Positions 39,228 to 49,800 of a stretch of 64,000 nucleotides of DNA are shown here, in pieces (position 1 is the stretch's first letter; the number at the start of each line of letters is the position of its first letter). Location: contig SHMW01000009.1 in assembly GCA_008080735.1 (NCBI GenBank), positions 6,883 to 70,882 of the forward strand, given 5' to 3'. Under the pieces are notes generated by a model. It worked only from the letters and a program-made list of their open reading frames with translations, searched no databases and was not told the DNA's origin. The stretch is from Promethearchaeota archaeon (lineage in GTDB: Archaea > Asgardarchaeota > Lokiarchaeia > Sigyniarchaeales > SOKP01). The position numbers and the translations under genes are program-made.

Positions 39228-41213
39228 CTATTTTGGAACTTCAACGTCCATTTTTTCGCGTTCTTCTAAGAGATCATCGACAACTGAAGGATCTGCCAAT
39301 GTGGTGACGTTTCCGATATCCGTTCCAGCTGCGATTGCTTTCAGCACGCGTCTCATGATTTTCCCACTCCTTGTCTTAGGAAGTGCATCCGCAAATTGAA
39401 CAACATCTGGTTGGAACACGGGACCGATTTCCTTTCGAACATGCATCGTAATCTCTTTCCTGAGATCTTCTGTTTTTTCCACACCTTCCATTAAGGTAAC
39501 ATATGCCCAGATTGCGTTTCCCTTTATTTTATGTGGAAATGGTGCGACAGCAGCTTCAGCAACTTTAGGATGACTTACGATTGCTGACTCCACTTCCATC
39601 GTTCCAATTCTATGGCCCGAGACCTTAATAACATCGTCTAAACGCCCTAAAATCCAATAATATCCATCTTCATCCCGTCGTGCGCCATCACCAGTGTAGT
39701 AATAACCATCATACCTACTTAAGTAAGTGGATTTGAAACGATCGGTATCTCCCCACACATCTCGAAGCATTCCAGGCCAAGGTTGCGCCATACAGAAGTA
39801 TCCACCCTCATCCGGTTCCGTCACCTCGTTTCCTTCCACATCAAAAATTACGGGTTTAATTCCTAAGAAGGGTAAGCAACAGGATCCTGGTTTGGTCGGG
39901 GTTGCGGTTGCAATAGGAGTCATAATAAAGCCCCCAGTCTCAGTTTGCCAATATGTATCGACAATGGGGCAGCGTTCCTTTCCAATAACTCGATGATACC
40001 AAGTCCATGCTTCGGGATTTATAGGCTCTCCCACAGTTCCCAAGACTCGTAAGGAACTTAAATCGTGTTTATTTACAGGATCTTCACCGAACCGCATTAA
40101 AGCCCGAATTGCGGTTGGAGCGGTATAAAATTGGGTCACTTTATGTCGTTCTACTATATCCCAGAATCTGTCTACGTCAGGATACGTAGGTACGCTCTCA
40201 AACATCAAGCTTGTAGCACCATTTGCCAAAGGACCATATACAATGTAGCTATGCCCCGTAATCCAGCCTATATCCGCAGTGCAATACCATATATCACCTT
40301 CTTTATAGTTGAAGACAATTTTTTGTGTGAATGATGTATATAATATATATCCGGCAGTCGTATGTTTTACACCTTTAGGCTTACCAGTAGTTCCGCTCGT
40401 ATAAAGGATAAAAAGCGTATCTTCAGAATCCATCTCTTCGCATTTACACTCAGTATCCATACCATTAATGAACTCTCGATACCAAATATCTTTATCTGTG
40501 TGTGGAACCTCATTGCCAGTTCGTTCGACCACGATTACATGCTCTATAGTCGGTACATCATCAATAATTTGGACGACATCACTCATTTTCGGGTACGTTT
40601 TCCCTGCGCGTAAGGTTTGATCGCATGTAAACAATAATTTTGAATCAGAATCATCGATTCTGTCCTTCACTGCTTCTTTTGAGAATCCGCCAAAGACTAT
40701 AGAATGAATCACTCCAATTCTGGAGCACGCAAGCATAATAATAGCTAACTCTGGGATCATTGGTAGCCAGATTGTGACTCTGTCTCCTTTTTCGAGTCCG
40801 AGATTTTTCATTCCATTCGCAACCTTACAGACTTCTTCTTTAAGTTGAGTATAGGTGAATTTTCGCACTTCGCCGGGTTCATCAGCCTCCCAAATGATCG
40901 CGACTTTATCACCTTTTCCCGCTTCAATATGCCTATCTATACAATTATAGCATACATTTAATTTTCCTCCGACAAACCACTTTCCAGGGAAAAGGTCGGT
41001 TTTTTCCCACACCTTATCGTATGGTTTAAACCAATCAAGTGATTTGGCTTGTTCATCCCAAAATCCTTCCATATCTTCGATGGATTTCTTATAAAGGTCT
41101 TTATACTCATCAAAAGACATACCGGTTTTTGCATATTCTGGATTTAATTTAACCGGATCGAAGACTCTCTTCTCGGAAAGGATGCTTTCCATTTTTTCTT
41201 CTTTTTCAGACAT
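39228..41213 (-). CDS. acs: Acetyl-CoA synthetase (AMP-forming)
   Basis: YTSGTTGKPKG, DIGWITGHSY, VDTYWQTETG, PKTRSGKIMRR. Confidence 0.97.
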   Translation of the reverse strand: MSEKEEKMESILSEKRVFDPVKLNPEYAKTGMSFDEYKDLYKKSIEDMEGFWDEQAKSLDWFKPYDKVWEKTDLFPGKWFVGGKLNVCYNCIDRHIEAGKGDKVAIIWEADEPGEVRKFTYTQLKEEVCKVANGMKNLGLEKGDRVTIWLPMIPELAIIMLACSRIGVIHSIVFGGFSKEAVKDRIDDSDSKLLFTCDQTLRAGKTYPKMSDVVQIIDDVPTIEHVIVVERTGNEVPHTDKDIWYREFINGMDTECKCEEMDSEDTLFILYTSGTTGKPKGVKHTTAGYILYTSFTQKIVFNYKEGDIWYCTADIGWITGHSYIVYGPLANGATSLMFESVPTYPDVDRFWDIVERHKVTQFYTAPTAIRALMRFGEDPVNKHDLSSLRVLGTVGEPINPEAWTWYHRVIGKERCPIVDTYWQTETGGFIMTPIATATPTKPGSCCLPFLGIKPVIFDVEGNEVTEPDEGGYFCMAQPWPGMLRDVWGDTDRFKSTYLSRYDGYYYTGDGARRDEDGYYWILGRLDDVIKVSGHRIGTMEVESAIVSHPKVAEAAVAPFPHKIKGNAIWAYVTLMEGVEKTEDLRKEITMHVRKEIGPVFQPDVVQFADALPKTRSGKIMRRVLKAIAAGTDIGNVTTLADPSVVDDLLEEREKMDVEVPK

Positions 41214-41499
41214 TTTCTTTACAACATTATAGTAAAATTATAATTGGGTTTAATGAAAAACAAAATATTCTGACAAATAATAAATTTGTCAAGGAAAGTT
41301 TTTATGAAATCATTAGTTTATATTATAGGATCCGAACATCATCTTGATAGAATCGTAAATTGGGATTTGATTTCACTTCATAAAAAATTAAGAGTTTAAA
41401 TTCTCTACAAGAAAACTCTGATTTTAAAGAGGATCTCTAGATAAAATATATTAAAGCAACAGAAGATAATATACTCATTAATCATATTAATCATAAACT

Positions 41500-43398
41500 A
41501 TGGAAAATATAGAGCATCTAACTTCAAATTGGAGAGATAAATGGAGAGATAAAGAGATAAGCGTGGAAAATGCTATAAAGAAGATTATACCAGGAAATCG
41601 GGTATTTATTGATTCAGGCTGTTCTGAACCCCAATCACTCACCAAAGAGTTAATGAGACAATCAGAAAGATTAGTCGATACCGAAATCATCCATTTTCTA
41701 ACCATTGGTCCCGAAAAATATTTTCCAAAACATAAACGAGAAGATGCTTTTAGACACAACGCACTCTTTATCGGCGACACACTACGAGAGGAAGTAAATA
41801 GTGGACAAGCCGATTATACACCGATACACGTGAGTGAAATCCCAAAGTTAATTAAATCAGGACGGAGATATATTGATGTGGCTTTAATCCAAGTATCTCC
41901 CCCAGATCAATACGGTTTTTGCTCCTTAGGGATAAATGTAGATATTGCTAAGCCAATTGCCCAAACCGCATATCTTACGATTGCAGAAATAAACCCGCAA
42001 ATGCCCAGAACATTAGGTAGTAGCTTTATTCATTTAAAAGAGATAGATAATTTTATCTATCACGACCACCCTTTATTAGAATTTAAATTTGATGAGCCTA
42101 CTGAAATTGTGGATAAGCTAGGTCAGAATTTATCCAATTTGGTTCAAAATAAGTCCACTATTCATATAGGATTTGGAGATTTACCCAATAATATTTTGGA
42201 ATACCTTTCAAATAAGAAAGATTTAGGTATGCATTCACATTATATAACCGATGCGATTATTCCATTGATAGAAGACGGTATTTTGACATGTCGCAAGAAA
42301 AACTTCCATCCCGAAAAAATCATCACGAGTTTCGCTTTGGGTTCACAGAAGCTATATGATTTTGTTGATAATAATCCCTATATAGAATTTTATCCATCAG
42401 ATTATGTGTGTAATCCAAAATATATAAGTAAAAACAAAAATATGGTCTCAATTAATTCTGCCCGACAGATCGACTTAACTGGACAAGTAAATGCGGCAAC
42501 CGAGGGCTATTCATTTTATTCGGGATTCGGAGAGACAGTGGATTTTATTCGAGGAGCCGCCTTTTCAAAGGGTGGAAAGCCCATCATCATTATGCCTTCT
42601 GTTACAAGAGACGGAAAACATTCGAGAGTTGTTTCGCATTTAGATGAGGGTGCGGGAATTTTATTATCACGAGGAGATGTGCATTATGTGGTGACAGAAT
42701 GGGGTGTTGCATATTTACATGGTAAATCAATTCGAGAACGTGTAATTGAACTAATAAGCATTGCCCACCCTAATTTTAGAGAGCAATTATTAAAAGAGGC
42801 AAAGACTCTGAATTATATTTATTCAGATCAAATGCTCCCTGTAGACACGGAGGGAAATATTGTACGATATCCCAGAGAATATGAAACGATATATAAGACT
42901 AAAGAAGGAGAGGAAATCTCAATCCGTCCTTTAAAAACAACGGACGAGGATTTACTTAAAGATTTATACTATTCTCTTGATGAAAGGGATAGATATTTAC
43001 GATTTTTCGAAGTTCGAAATGAATTTGCTCATAAAAAGACTCAAAATGAGGTTAATATCGATTATAATAATGTGTTTTCGATAGGGGCTTTTGTTGGTGA
43101 GATAGGGAATGAAAAAATGATTGGGAACGCAACCTATTATTATAATCCGAATCAAAATTCTGCCGAGTTTAGTTTTGTGGTCCATAAAGATTGGAGAGGA
43201 ATCGGATTAGGCTCATATCTCTATAACTATATGATAATTATTGCGAAAGAGAAAGGAATTCAATCATTCTATGGTAATATCCATATCGAAAATAAAAAGA
43301 CGGTACATGTTATTAAGAAAGCAGGAAAAGTTAAGATTACGCCCCCCGAACTTGGTGGTAAGGAATTATTTTATGAAGTCGATTTCGAGGAGGTATAG
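41500..43398 (+). CDS. Acetyl-CoA hydrolase/CoA-transferase-like domain fused to a Pat-type GNAT acetyltransferase
   Basis: DVALIQVSPPD..CSLG, VVTEWGVAYL..IAHP; GNAT IRPL..YLRFF..AEFSFVV..WRGIGLG. Confidence 0.88.
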   Translation: MENIEHLTSNWRDKWRDKEISVENAIKKIIPGNRVFIDSGCSEPQSLTKELMRQSERLVDTEIIHFLTIGPEKYFPKHKREDAFRHNALFIGDTLREEVNSGQADYTPIHVSEIPKLIKSGRRYIDVALIQVSPPDQYGFCSLGINVDIAKPIAQTAYLTIAEINPQMPRTLGSSFIHLKEIDNFIYHDHPLLEFKFDEPTEIVDKLGQNLSNLVQNKSTIHIGFGDLPNNILEYLSNKKDLGMHSHYITDAIIPLIEDGILTCRKKNFHPEKIITSFALGSQKLYDFVDNNPYIEFYPSDYVCNPKYISKNKNMVSINSARQIDLTGQVNAATEGYSFYSGFGETVDFIRGAAFSKGGKPIIIMPSVTRDGKHSRVVSHLDEGAGILLSRGDVHYVVTEWGVAYLHGKSIRERVIELISIAHPNFREQLLKEAKTLNYIYSDQMLPVDTEGNIVRYPREYETIYKTKEGEEISIRPLKTTDEDLLKDLYYSLDERDRYLRFFEVRNEFAHKKTQNEVNIDYNNVFSIGAFVGEIGNEKMIGNATYYYNPNQNSAEFSFVVHKDWRGIGLGSYLYNYMIIIAKEKGIQSFYGNIHIENKKTVHVIKKAGKVKITPPELGGKELFYEVDFEEV

Positions 43399-43517
43399 AA
43401 AGATAAGAATTAAAAGGGCCTCAAAAAGACAAAATTGACTGTGTCGGTTTTATTAAAGTGAGAATTCGGTTATAGTACCACAGAAGATTATTTCAGCTAC
43501 GTTTAATTGTTATTATT

Positions 43518-44219
43518 ATGAATTCACAAGAGAAACTGAAGAATTTAGAGAGTTGGGATCAAAAGCAAATTTTAAAATATAATGGATATGGGGGGAGATT
43601 TTTCACTTATATACTACGAGTTGTTTCTTTTGTGGGAAGAGAAACTATCTGGTTATTTTTAATTGTGTATTTTTCTTTTATTTGGTTTGATCCGAGATCT
43701 TTCTCATATATTGGAATTGGGTATCTATTGGGAATTATAATAATTGTTCCAATTAAGCAAATTATAAGGAGAAAAAGACCTTCCAGTGTACTTGAAGATA
43801 TTGTGCTTTACGAACGTAAATCAACCTCGGGTAGTTTTCCATCTTGGCATTCTTATAACGCTGCGTCTCAAGCCATTATTATAGGATATATCATATCATC
43901 CCCAATTATGTTATTCCTCTTATTAGGAGGCGCGGGAGTGATAGCATTTTCCCGAGTCCAATTGGGAAGTCATTATCCTTCAGACGCAATAGTAGGATAT
44001 ATAATTGGAATTATCGGTGCAATTATAACGATTCTTTTTCTTGGCCCTCTCCTATTTAATCTAATACTTCAATTAAATAATCTTAGTACCATCCAGTTCG
44101 AGTTTTATACATTTAATTCACTTCTCTATACAAATATTCTATATTTGATAATGTGTGTTATGATTTTTGGTAGTATAATCTTATTGTCTAGCCTTCGATA
44201 TATAAAGGGGCTTTTATAA
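43518..44219 (+). CDS. PAP2 family membrane phosphatase
   Basis: KQIIRRKRP, SFPSWH, SRVQLGSHYPSD. Confidence 0.88.
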   Translation: MNSQEKLKNLESWDQKQILKYNGYGGRFFTYILRVVSFVGRETIWLFLIVYFSFIWFDPRSFSYIGIGYLLGIIIIVPIKQIIRRKRPSSVLEDIVLYERKSTSGSFPSWHSYNAASQAIIIGYIISSPIMLFLLLGGAGVIAFSRVQLGSHYPSDAIVGYIIGIIGAIITILFLGPLLFNLILQLNNLSTIQFEFYTFNSLLYTNILYLIMCVMIFGSIILLSSLRYIKGLL

Positions 44220-44259
44220 ATAAATTAACCCGATTAAAAAATGAAATATGCATGAAAAA

Positions 44260-45450
44260 TTAGCGTTCCAATTGCTTTTTCTTATTAAATAAGTCTTTAA
44301 GCTCATTTAGAACTTGACCTCTCACATTTTGTTCGCTTGTCTCTTTAATCTGATCAGATGTCCTAATCTCGAGAGGGACTCCAGACTGAGCTATATGAAA
44401 TGCTCCACTTTCAATGGCATTTAAACGAGCATCTATCTCATTCAATTGTTCAGATATACTTTCTGAGAGGCGGATAACACCATTCATAACTTCTTCTAAG
44501 GTCTGAGCTAAACCTTCCACTTTCCTAACAGTAGGATCTGTGAGGGAAAAATTCGCATTGAGCACATCTTTCAAGTACTTAGAAAATTCAGGTTCGCGAG
44601 CGAATTTTGAATATATAGAGCTTAGATAAGTCTCATAATCAAAATCGAAATTGTGCTCTTTAAAAAGGTCTTTTATTTTTTGTTTAAGAAGTTCGACATT
44701 TAATTTAATTTTTGGATCGTTTTTTATGTCGGGATCGTGTTTATGGATTAAAATCAAAATATAAGGGGCTTCCTCTAATAATTCCAAATAATTTAAAATG
44801 TCGTCAAAATAATCGAATGATTCATCAAATCGTTCTGGATCTTGTACATCTATTACATAAATGAGCAAGTCAGTTTGGAGAAAATATTTTTCTGGATCTT
44901 GAAGATATTTATCCCGATAGGATTTCTGACCACCAAAATCCCAAATGAATAAATCCAAATTTGGTCTGTTAAGAGTTTGACGATTTACTCCTTTAGTGGG
45001 TTCTAAATTAGATAATTTTTCAATTCCTTTTTCGAGCCCAACTTTCGATATTATAGCAGTCTTACCTGCGTTATCTAATCCAATAATTATGATTTTCTGC
45101 GTTTCTTTGTCTAAAATTTCTCCTTCTCCTTCAATTTCCAATAATAAGGAAGAAAGAGTAATGGCTTTTTGTAGATTCGTTTCAAGATTTTCATACTTTT
45201 TTTTATATATCTCAATTTTAATTTCAACATCTTGAGAGAGATTTTCTTTCTTGGTTTTAGTTTGTTCCTCGATATACGTTTTTAAGGGTTCTTTTTTATC
45301 TAATTTACCTAATTCTTCTATATATGAGGCTTTTAATATTTCTGTAATAATTCTCGCTTCATTTTTTTCTAAAAATTTATAAGCAGAGATGGGAAGCTTC
45401 AATATTTCTTCTATTGATTCAAACTCACTATTTTGGTGCTCCTCACTCAA
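44260..45450 (-). CDS. Arf/Rag-like small GTPase with N-terminal domain and C-terminal coiled coil
   Basis: GLDNAGKT, EPTKG, WDFGGQ, YVIDVQD, HKHD; true start may lie ~50 nt upstream. Confidence 0.88.
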   Translation of the reverse strand: MSEEHQNSEFESIEEILKLPISAYKFLEKNEARIITEILKASYIEELGKLDKKEPLKTYIEEQTKTKKENLSQDVEIKIEIYKKKYENLETNLQKAITLSSLLLEIEGEGEILDKETQKIIIIGLDNAGKTAIISKVGLEKGIEKLSNLEPTKGVNRQTLNRPNLDLFIWDFGGQKSYRDKYLQDPEKYFLQTDLLIYVIDVQDPERFDESFDYFDDILNYLELLEEAPYILILIHKHDPDIKNDPKIKLNVELLKQKIKDLFKEHNFDFDYETYLSSIYSKFAREPEFSKYLKDVLNANFSLTDPTVRKVEGLAQTLEEVMNGVIRLSESISEQLNEIDARLNAIESGAFHIAQSGVPLEIRTSDQIKETSEQNVRGQVLNELKDLFNKKKQLER

Positions 45451-45940
45451 AAATCTTTTAAAGACTTCTATGACTGCTGAAGGTTTTGCTTCTGAAGAAA
45501 TTTCGATTCACGACCTCTTTATTAACTAATTATAGCAATTAAACCATCTAACCTAAAAAAATTTTAGATTTTTTAGGATAAATCAAGCTTATGACTTTAT
45601 ATAAATTTTTGAATATATAAATTTATTAGAATTCTGAAAATTGTTGGACTAATACCAGCAAATATTATAATACGATTAAATTTTGGAAATATTAGTAATT
45701 TCTTTTTCTCATATTATTAAAAATTTCAATTATGGTGTAGTAGATCATCTGCTCACTCTATATATTAAATTATTAGAAAGACAAAACAGAATGCTCTAGT
45801 TGATTTAAATATTGTATCCGTCTTTTTTGAGAATATGTAAAAAAAATATCGATAGAGAATTACATTTATATATATAACAATATAAATAGTATATATTGTG
45901 CGATTTTGATTTCCAATATTGGTCATTATTCTAAGAAGAC

Positions 45941-46855
45941 ATGCCATCTAAAAATGATAACGAGGATTTCTTGGAATTAGATGAAAAAATTCCATGTTGT
46001 GATTCTCCCAAAATATCGGAAGAGGATGGATATTATGTCTGTTTAAATTGTGGGCTTGTGTTTTCAAGGATATTGGATGACTCTCCTCGTAGAGCATTCA
46101 CTGCTGAAGAGATAGAAAAGCGGAAAAGTAATGAAAGAGTATATAGTCCGATTGGTCCTCGAACAATTATACGTGGAAATCGGGATGCTCGAGGCTCCTT
46201 ATTGAGTCCGAAATTTAAGTCAAAATTCAATAGACTAGCCAAAATTCATAGATCTTTGACCACGAGTTTTGAACGAAATTTGTGGATTGCTTTACCTAAT
46301 TTACAGAGATTACAGAAGAAATTAAGCATCCCGGATCAAGTGGCAGAAGATGCCTTACGAATTTATACCCAGACAGTTAAAAAGAAATTGACTATGGGGC
46401 GCTCAATTGATACACTATTGTCAGCATCCATTTTTTGTGCTTTGAGAGTTCATGGAATCCCAAGAACCCTAGAAGAAATTACAAATGCTGCCCAAATTAC
46501 CAAAAAAAAAGTGATAAAAAGTTATCGCCTTATTCTGATGGAAATTTTACCAAAACTTAAGCTTAAAGTCCAACATTTTACCTCAGATCGTTATGTTGAT
46601 AAATTTAATGATGAGCTGAATCTGTCTATGAAATGTAGAAATATTGCTGTTAAAATGATAAAAAAAGCCAAGAAAAATGGGTTTAATTCCGCTGGGAAAG
46701 ACCCTAAGGGGATAGCGGCGGCATCGCTTTATATTGCGTCTAAATTGTGTGATGAAAACAAAACTCAAAAAGAAATCTCTGATTTAGCCCAGATCACAGA
46801 AGTTACTTTAAGAATGCGAGTTAAGGATCTTAATAAATACAATAAAATTGATTGA
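45941..46855 (+). CDS. tfb: Transcription initiation factor IIB
   Basis: Zn ribbon CC..CLNCG; cyclin repeats GRS..PRTLEEI, GKDPKGIAAA..TQKEI..TEVTLR. Confidence 0.95.
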   Translation: MPSKNDNEDFLELDEKIPCCDSPKISEEDGYYVCLNCGLVFSRILDDSPRRAFTAEEIEKRKSNERVYSPIGPRTIIRGNRDARGSLLSPKFKSKFNRLAKIHRSLTTSFERNLWIALPNLQRLQKKLSIPDQVAEDALRIYTQTVKKKLTMGRSIDTLLSASIFCALRVHGIPRTLEEITNAAQITKKKVIKSYRLILMEILPKLKLKVQHFTSDRYVDKFNDELNLSMKCRNIAVKMIKKAKKNGFNSAGKDPKGIAAASLYIASKLCDENKTQKEISDLAQITEVTLRMRVKDLNKYNKID

Positions 46856-46884
46856 AAGATAGGAAAAGTTTTAAAAATCTTCGA

Positions 46885-49800
46885 TTATAATTCTATCGGC
46901 AACAAACTTTCTTCTTCTTCAAAAAGTGGGAGATTACGAAGCATTTGATTTATGGTGGATAAGAATTTGTTGATATCATATTCTATTAGGTCAATGATGA
47001 ATTGTATCATCATAAGGGTAAATAATTCACTTACTATACCACGCGATATACCCAATGAATTCAGAAAAGATTCAACATTTTTTTTTACATCGCTTAGCGC
47101 AATATTGGTTTTTTTAGAGCATATTACATACAATAATAACATTAATGATCCCATTTTATAATCTTTCCGTCCAGCAAATTTCTTTGCTAAATCTAAATAC
47201 TCTGTTGATGCCTCTTCTAACGCTCCCTTTGATAAATGCTCCAATATAATATCGTAATATCGTTTCCTCATAGCGCTTCTCTTTTTAAACATCTCCTTAA
47301 ATTCAGAGCGATTATCTTTTAGTTTCTGATTTATTATATCTATTTTTTGATTAAGTTCGCGTAATTTTTTAGACTTTTCTTCTTTCTCTTCTTTTGATAA
47401 AAGTTTTTTAGGGGATTTAAATTCAAGATCTTGTTCTAAATACGACTTTATAAGGTTTTTTTCCATTTCGAATAATATAAGATTATCCTTGAAAAAATTA
47501 AGCGAAAGTTGTATCAAATCATCAATTTTAGCTTGCCACGCTTTCAAAAATTCTTTTAAAAGCCTAATTTCTGGAAGTGTTGAAAGTCGTGTATGTTCAC
47601 CCAATAATTTTTCCAGATTAGTATATGCTATCTCCTCATGTTCGTTAAATATAAAAATTAACGTAGAAAGTATCAAACACACAGCCGCATGTTTTTCAAA
47701 ATCTTTATCAATAAGTTCCTGAATGAGATCATTATAAGTTGATGCTGCTTTTATATATTCATCTTTATTTATGTTTTCCAAAATACCCTCATAATATCTC
47801 TTTTTCATTAGCTTCCGTTTTGCTATATCTTGCTTATCCCTTTGTATATTTTCAGATATGTTAATAATATTCTTTTTTACCGTGTCTTTATCTAGTTCGG
47901 TAGATTCTTCTGGTTTAGATGTGGGTTCTCCAACATATTCGACACCTAAGATATCATATAGGAGTTTTTTCTCCTCCTCAAATAGAGGCAGATTTTCAAT
48001 AAAAGACAATGCTTCTTCTAATTTATTCTGATCCTTTGCTTTATGGAGATCAATAATATATTCAACTAATAATACAGGAAATGTATCCAAAAAGAGTTGA
48101 TTTGAAGAAGTGAGAGATTTAATATACTTAGCAAAGGCTTTTATCTTATCTTGTTTTATTCGAATCAGTGAAAGAATTGCGAGTGATACTGCCGCAAGAT
48201 AATATTTTCGAAGATCATTCATTTTTTCTACAGTATTTTTATAAATTTCTGCTGCTTTCTCATATTCTTCATTTTCTAATAGTTTAAGACCTTCGTTAAA
48301 ATATGCTCGTTTTAATCCTTTTCGCTGCCTTAATTCAAATTCTTTATCCAACCGGGCATCTTGTGATTTTTTTTTTATAATTGATAATCTTTCTTGTAAT
48401 GATTTCTTTTTCAGCGCCGCTTCAACTTCTTTAGCCCGAGAGGCGATCATTTCCTCTTCTGAGCTTGATAATTTATTGTAAACTTCTTTTTTATAGAATT
48501 TATCTTCAATTTTATCCAGATAACTTAAAGCGGAAGATAAATCTCCTAATTCAATGAATTGTTCGGAAATAACTTTATATATTTCGTCAAAGTCAGGTTC
48601 GTAATTTTCCAAATATGCATTTGAAATATTTTGTGCTCTCTTTATTAATTCAATTGCATAATTTATGCTTGATCGACTCTCCTCTCGCTTAATACTATTT
48701 AAAGCTTCTTTATTTATGATTGTGATGAATAGTTTGCTTAGTTCTTGAGATTGTTCATAAAGCATTTGATCTCGATATATTGAATTGGCTTTCTCTAGCA
48801 AGTCTTCAATTTTTTCATAACTGGATATCTCACTTAATTGCTTTATACTTTCTATTAAAAATGGAAATGCTTGTTTAAGATATTCCTTTTTAATTGTTTT
48901 AGTTTTTATCATCAGATAGGTATCAAAAAATTTTTCTATTTGATTTCCTTCTAATAAAATGTTCAAAGATTCACATAAGAGATCATCAGCTATCTTTTGC
49001 TCTCCAATATTTATAAGTTCTCTTGCATGAGATTCTAAGTAAGCTGCCGCTCTTATATAATGGTTTTTTTCTACGAGCGTATTAGCGTTTTTCAGTTTTT
49101 CTTTATTTAGAGATTCAATTAGTTCATTTTCTGATTTCATAAAGGAATTGATAATCTCAATTCCCTCTTTTAAATCTCTTTGTAGAGCTTCTCTTCGTAA
49201 TTTTTTATTCTCATCTTCTACTTCAGAAGTATATTCTGTTAATTCCTTTTTAAGAGCTAAAGAATCAATTTCATTTAGTAGGTACGTTGCCATTCCAAAG
49301 TCTTGTTTATGTAGGAATTGTTTTATGATTTCTTCTAAATGTTCATCTAGATTAATTTTTTCCACATCAAATGCTTCCCACATATTTTCGATCTCATCAT
49401 AAGTTTTCTTCGCTTCATAGGTTTCCTTATTGTTGATATTTTTTTCCAATATCTTAATTAATATTTCAACGAGTTTATCAGTGAATTTTTCCATTGATTC
49501 AAAAAGGCCTTCCCTCTGATAGGTGTGGATGCTAATATATAATTGTTCCCTTGCTGCTCTCAAATTACCAATCGAAACGAGATAATCTGCCGCTGATAAT
49601 ACTTTTTCTGTTAAATCTTCCAGAGTCTGTTTTATTTCTTGATGAGGTAATCTCTCTAATATAGTAAATGCATTTTCTACTCGACACGCAGATATCCAAG
49701 AATTTATCGCCAATTTAAATGATTTTATAATTAAATCTTTATTTTTAAGTTCGATTAAAGACCATTGGGCAGCACTTTCATATTGACGTGCGGCAAACTC

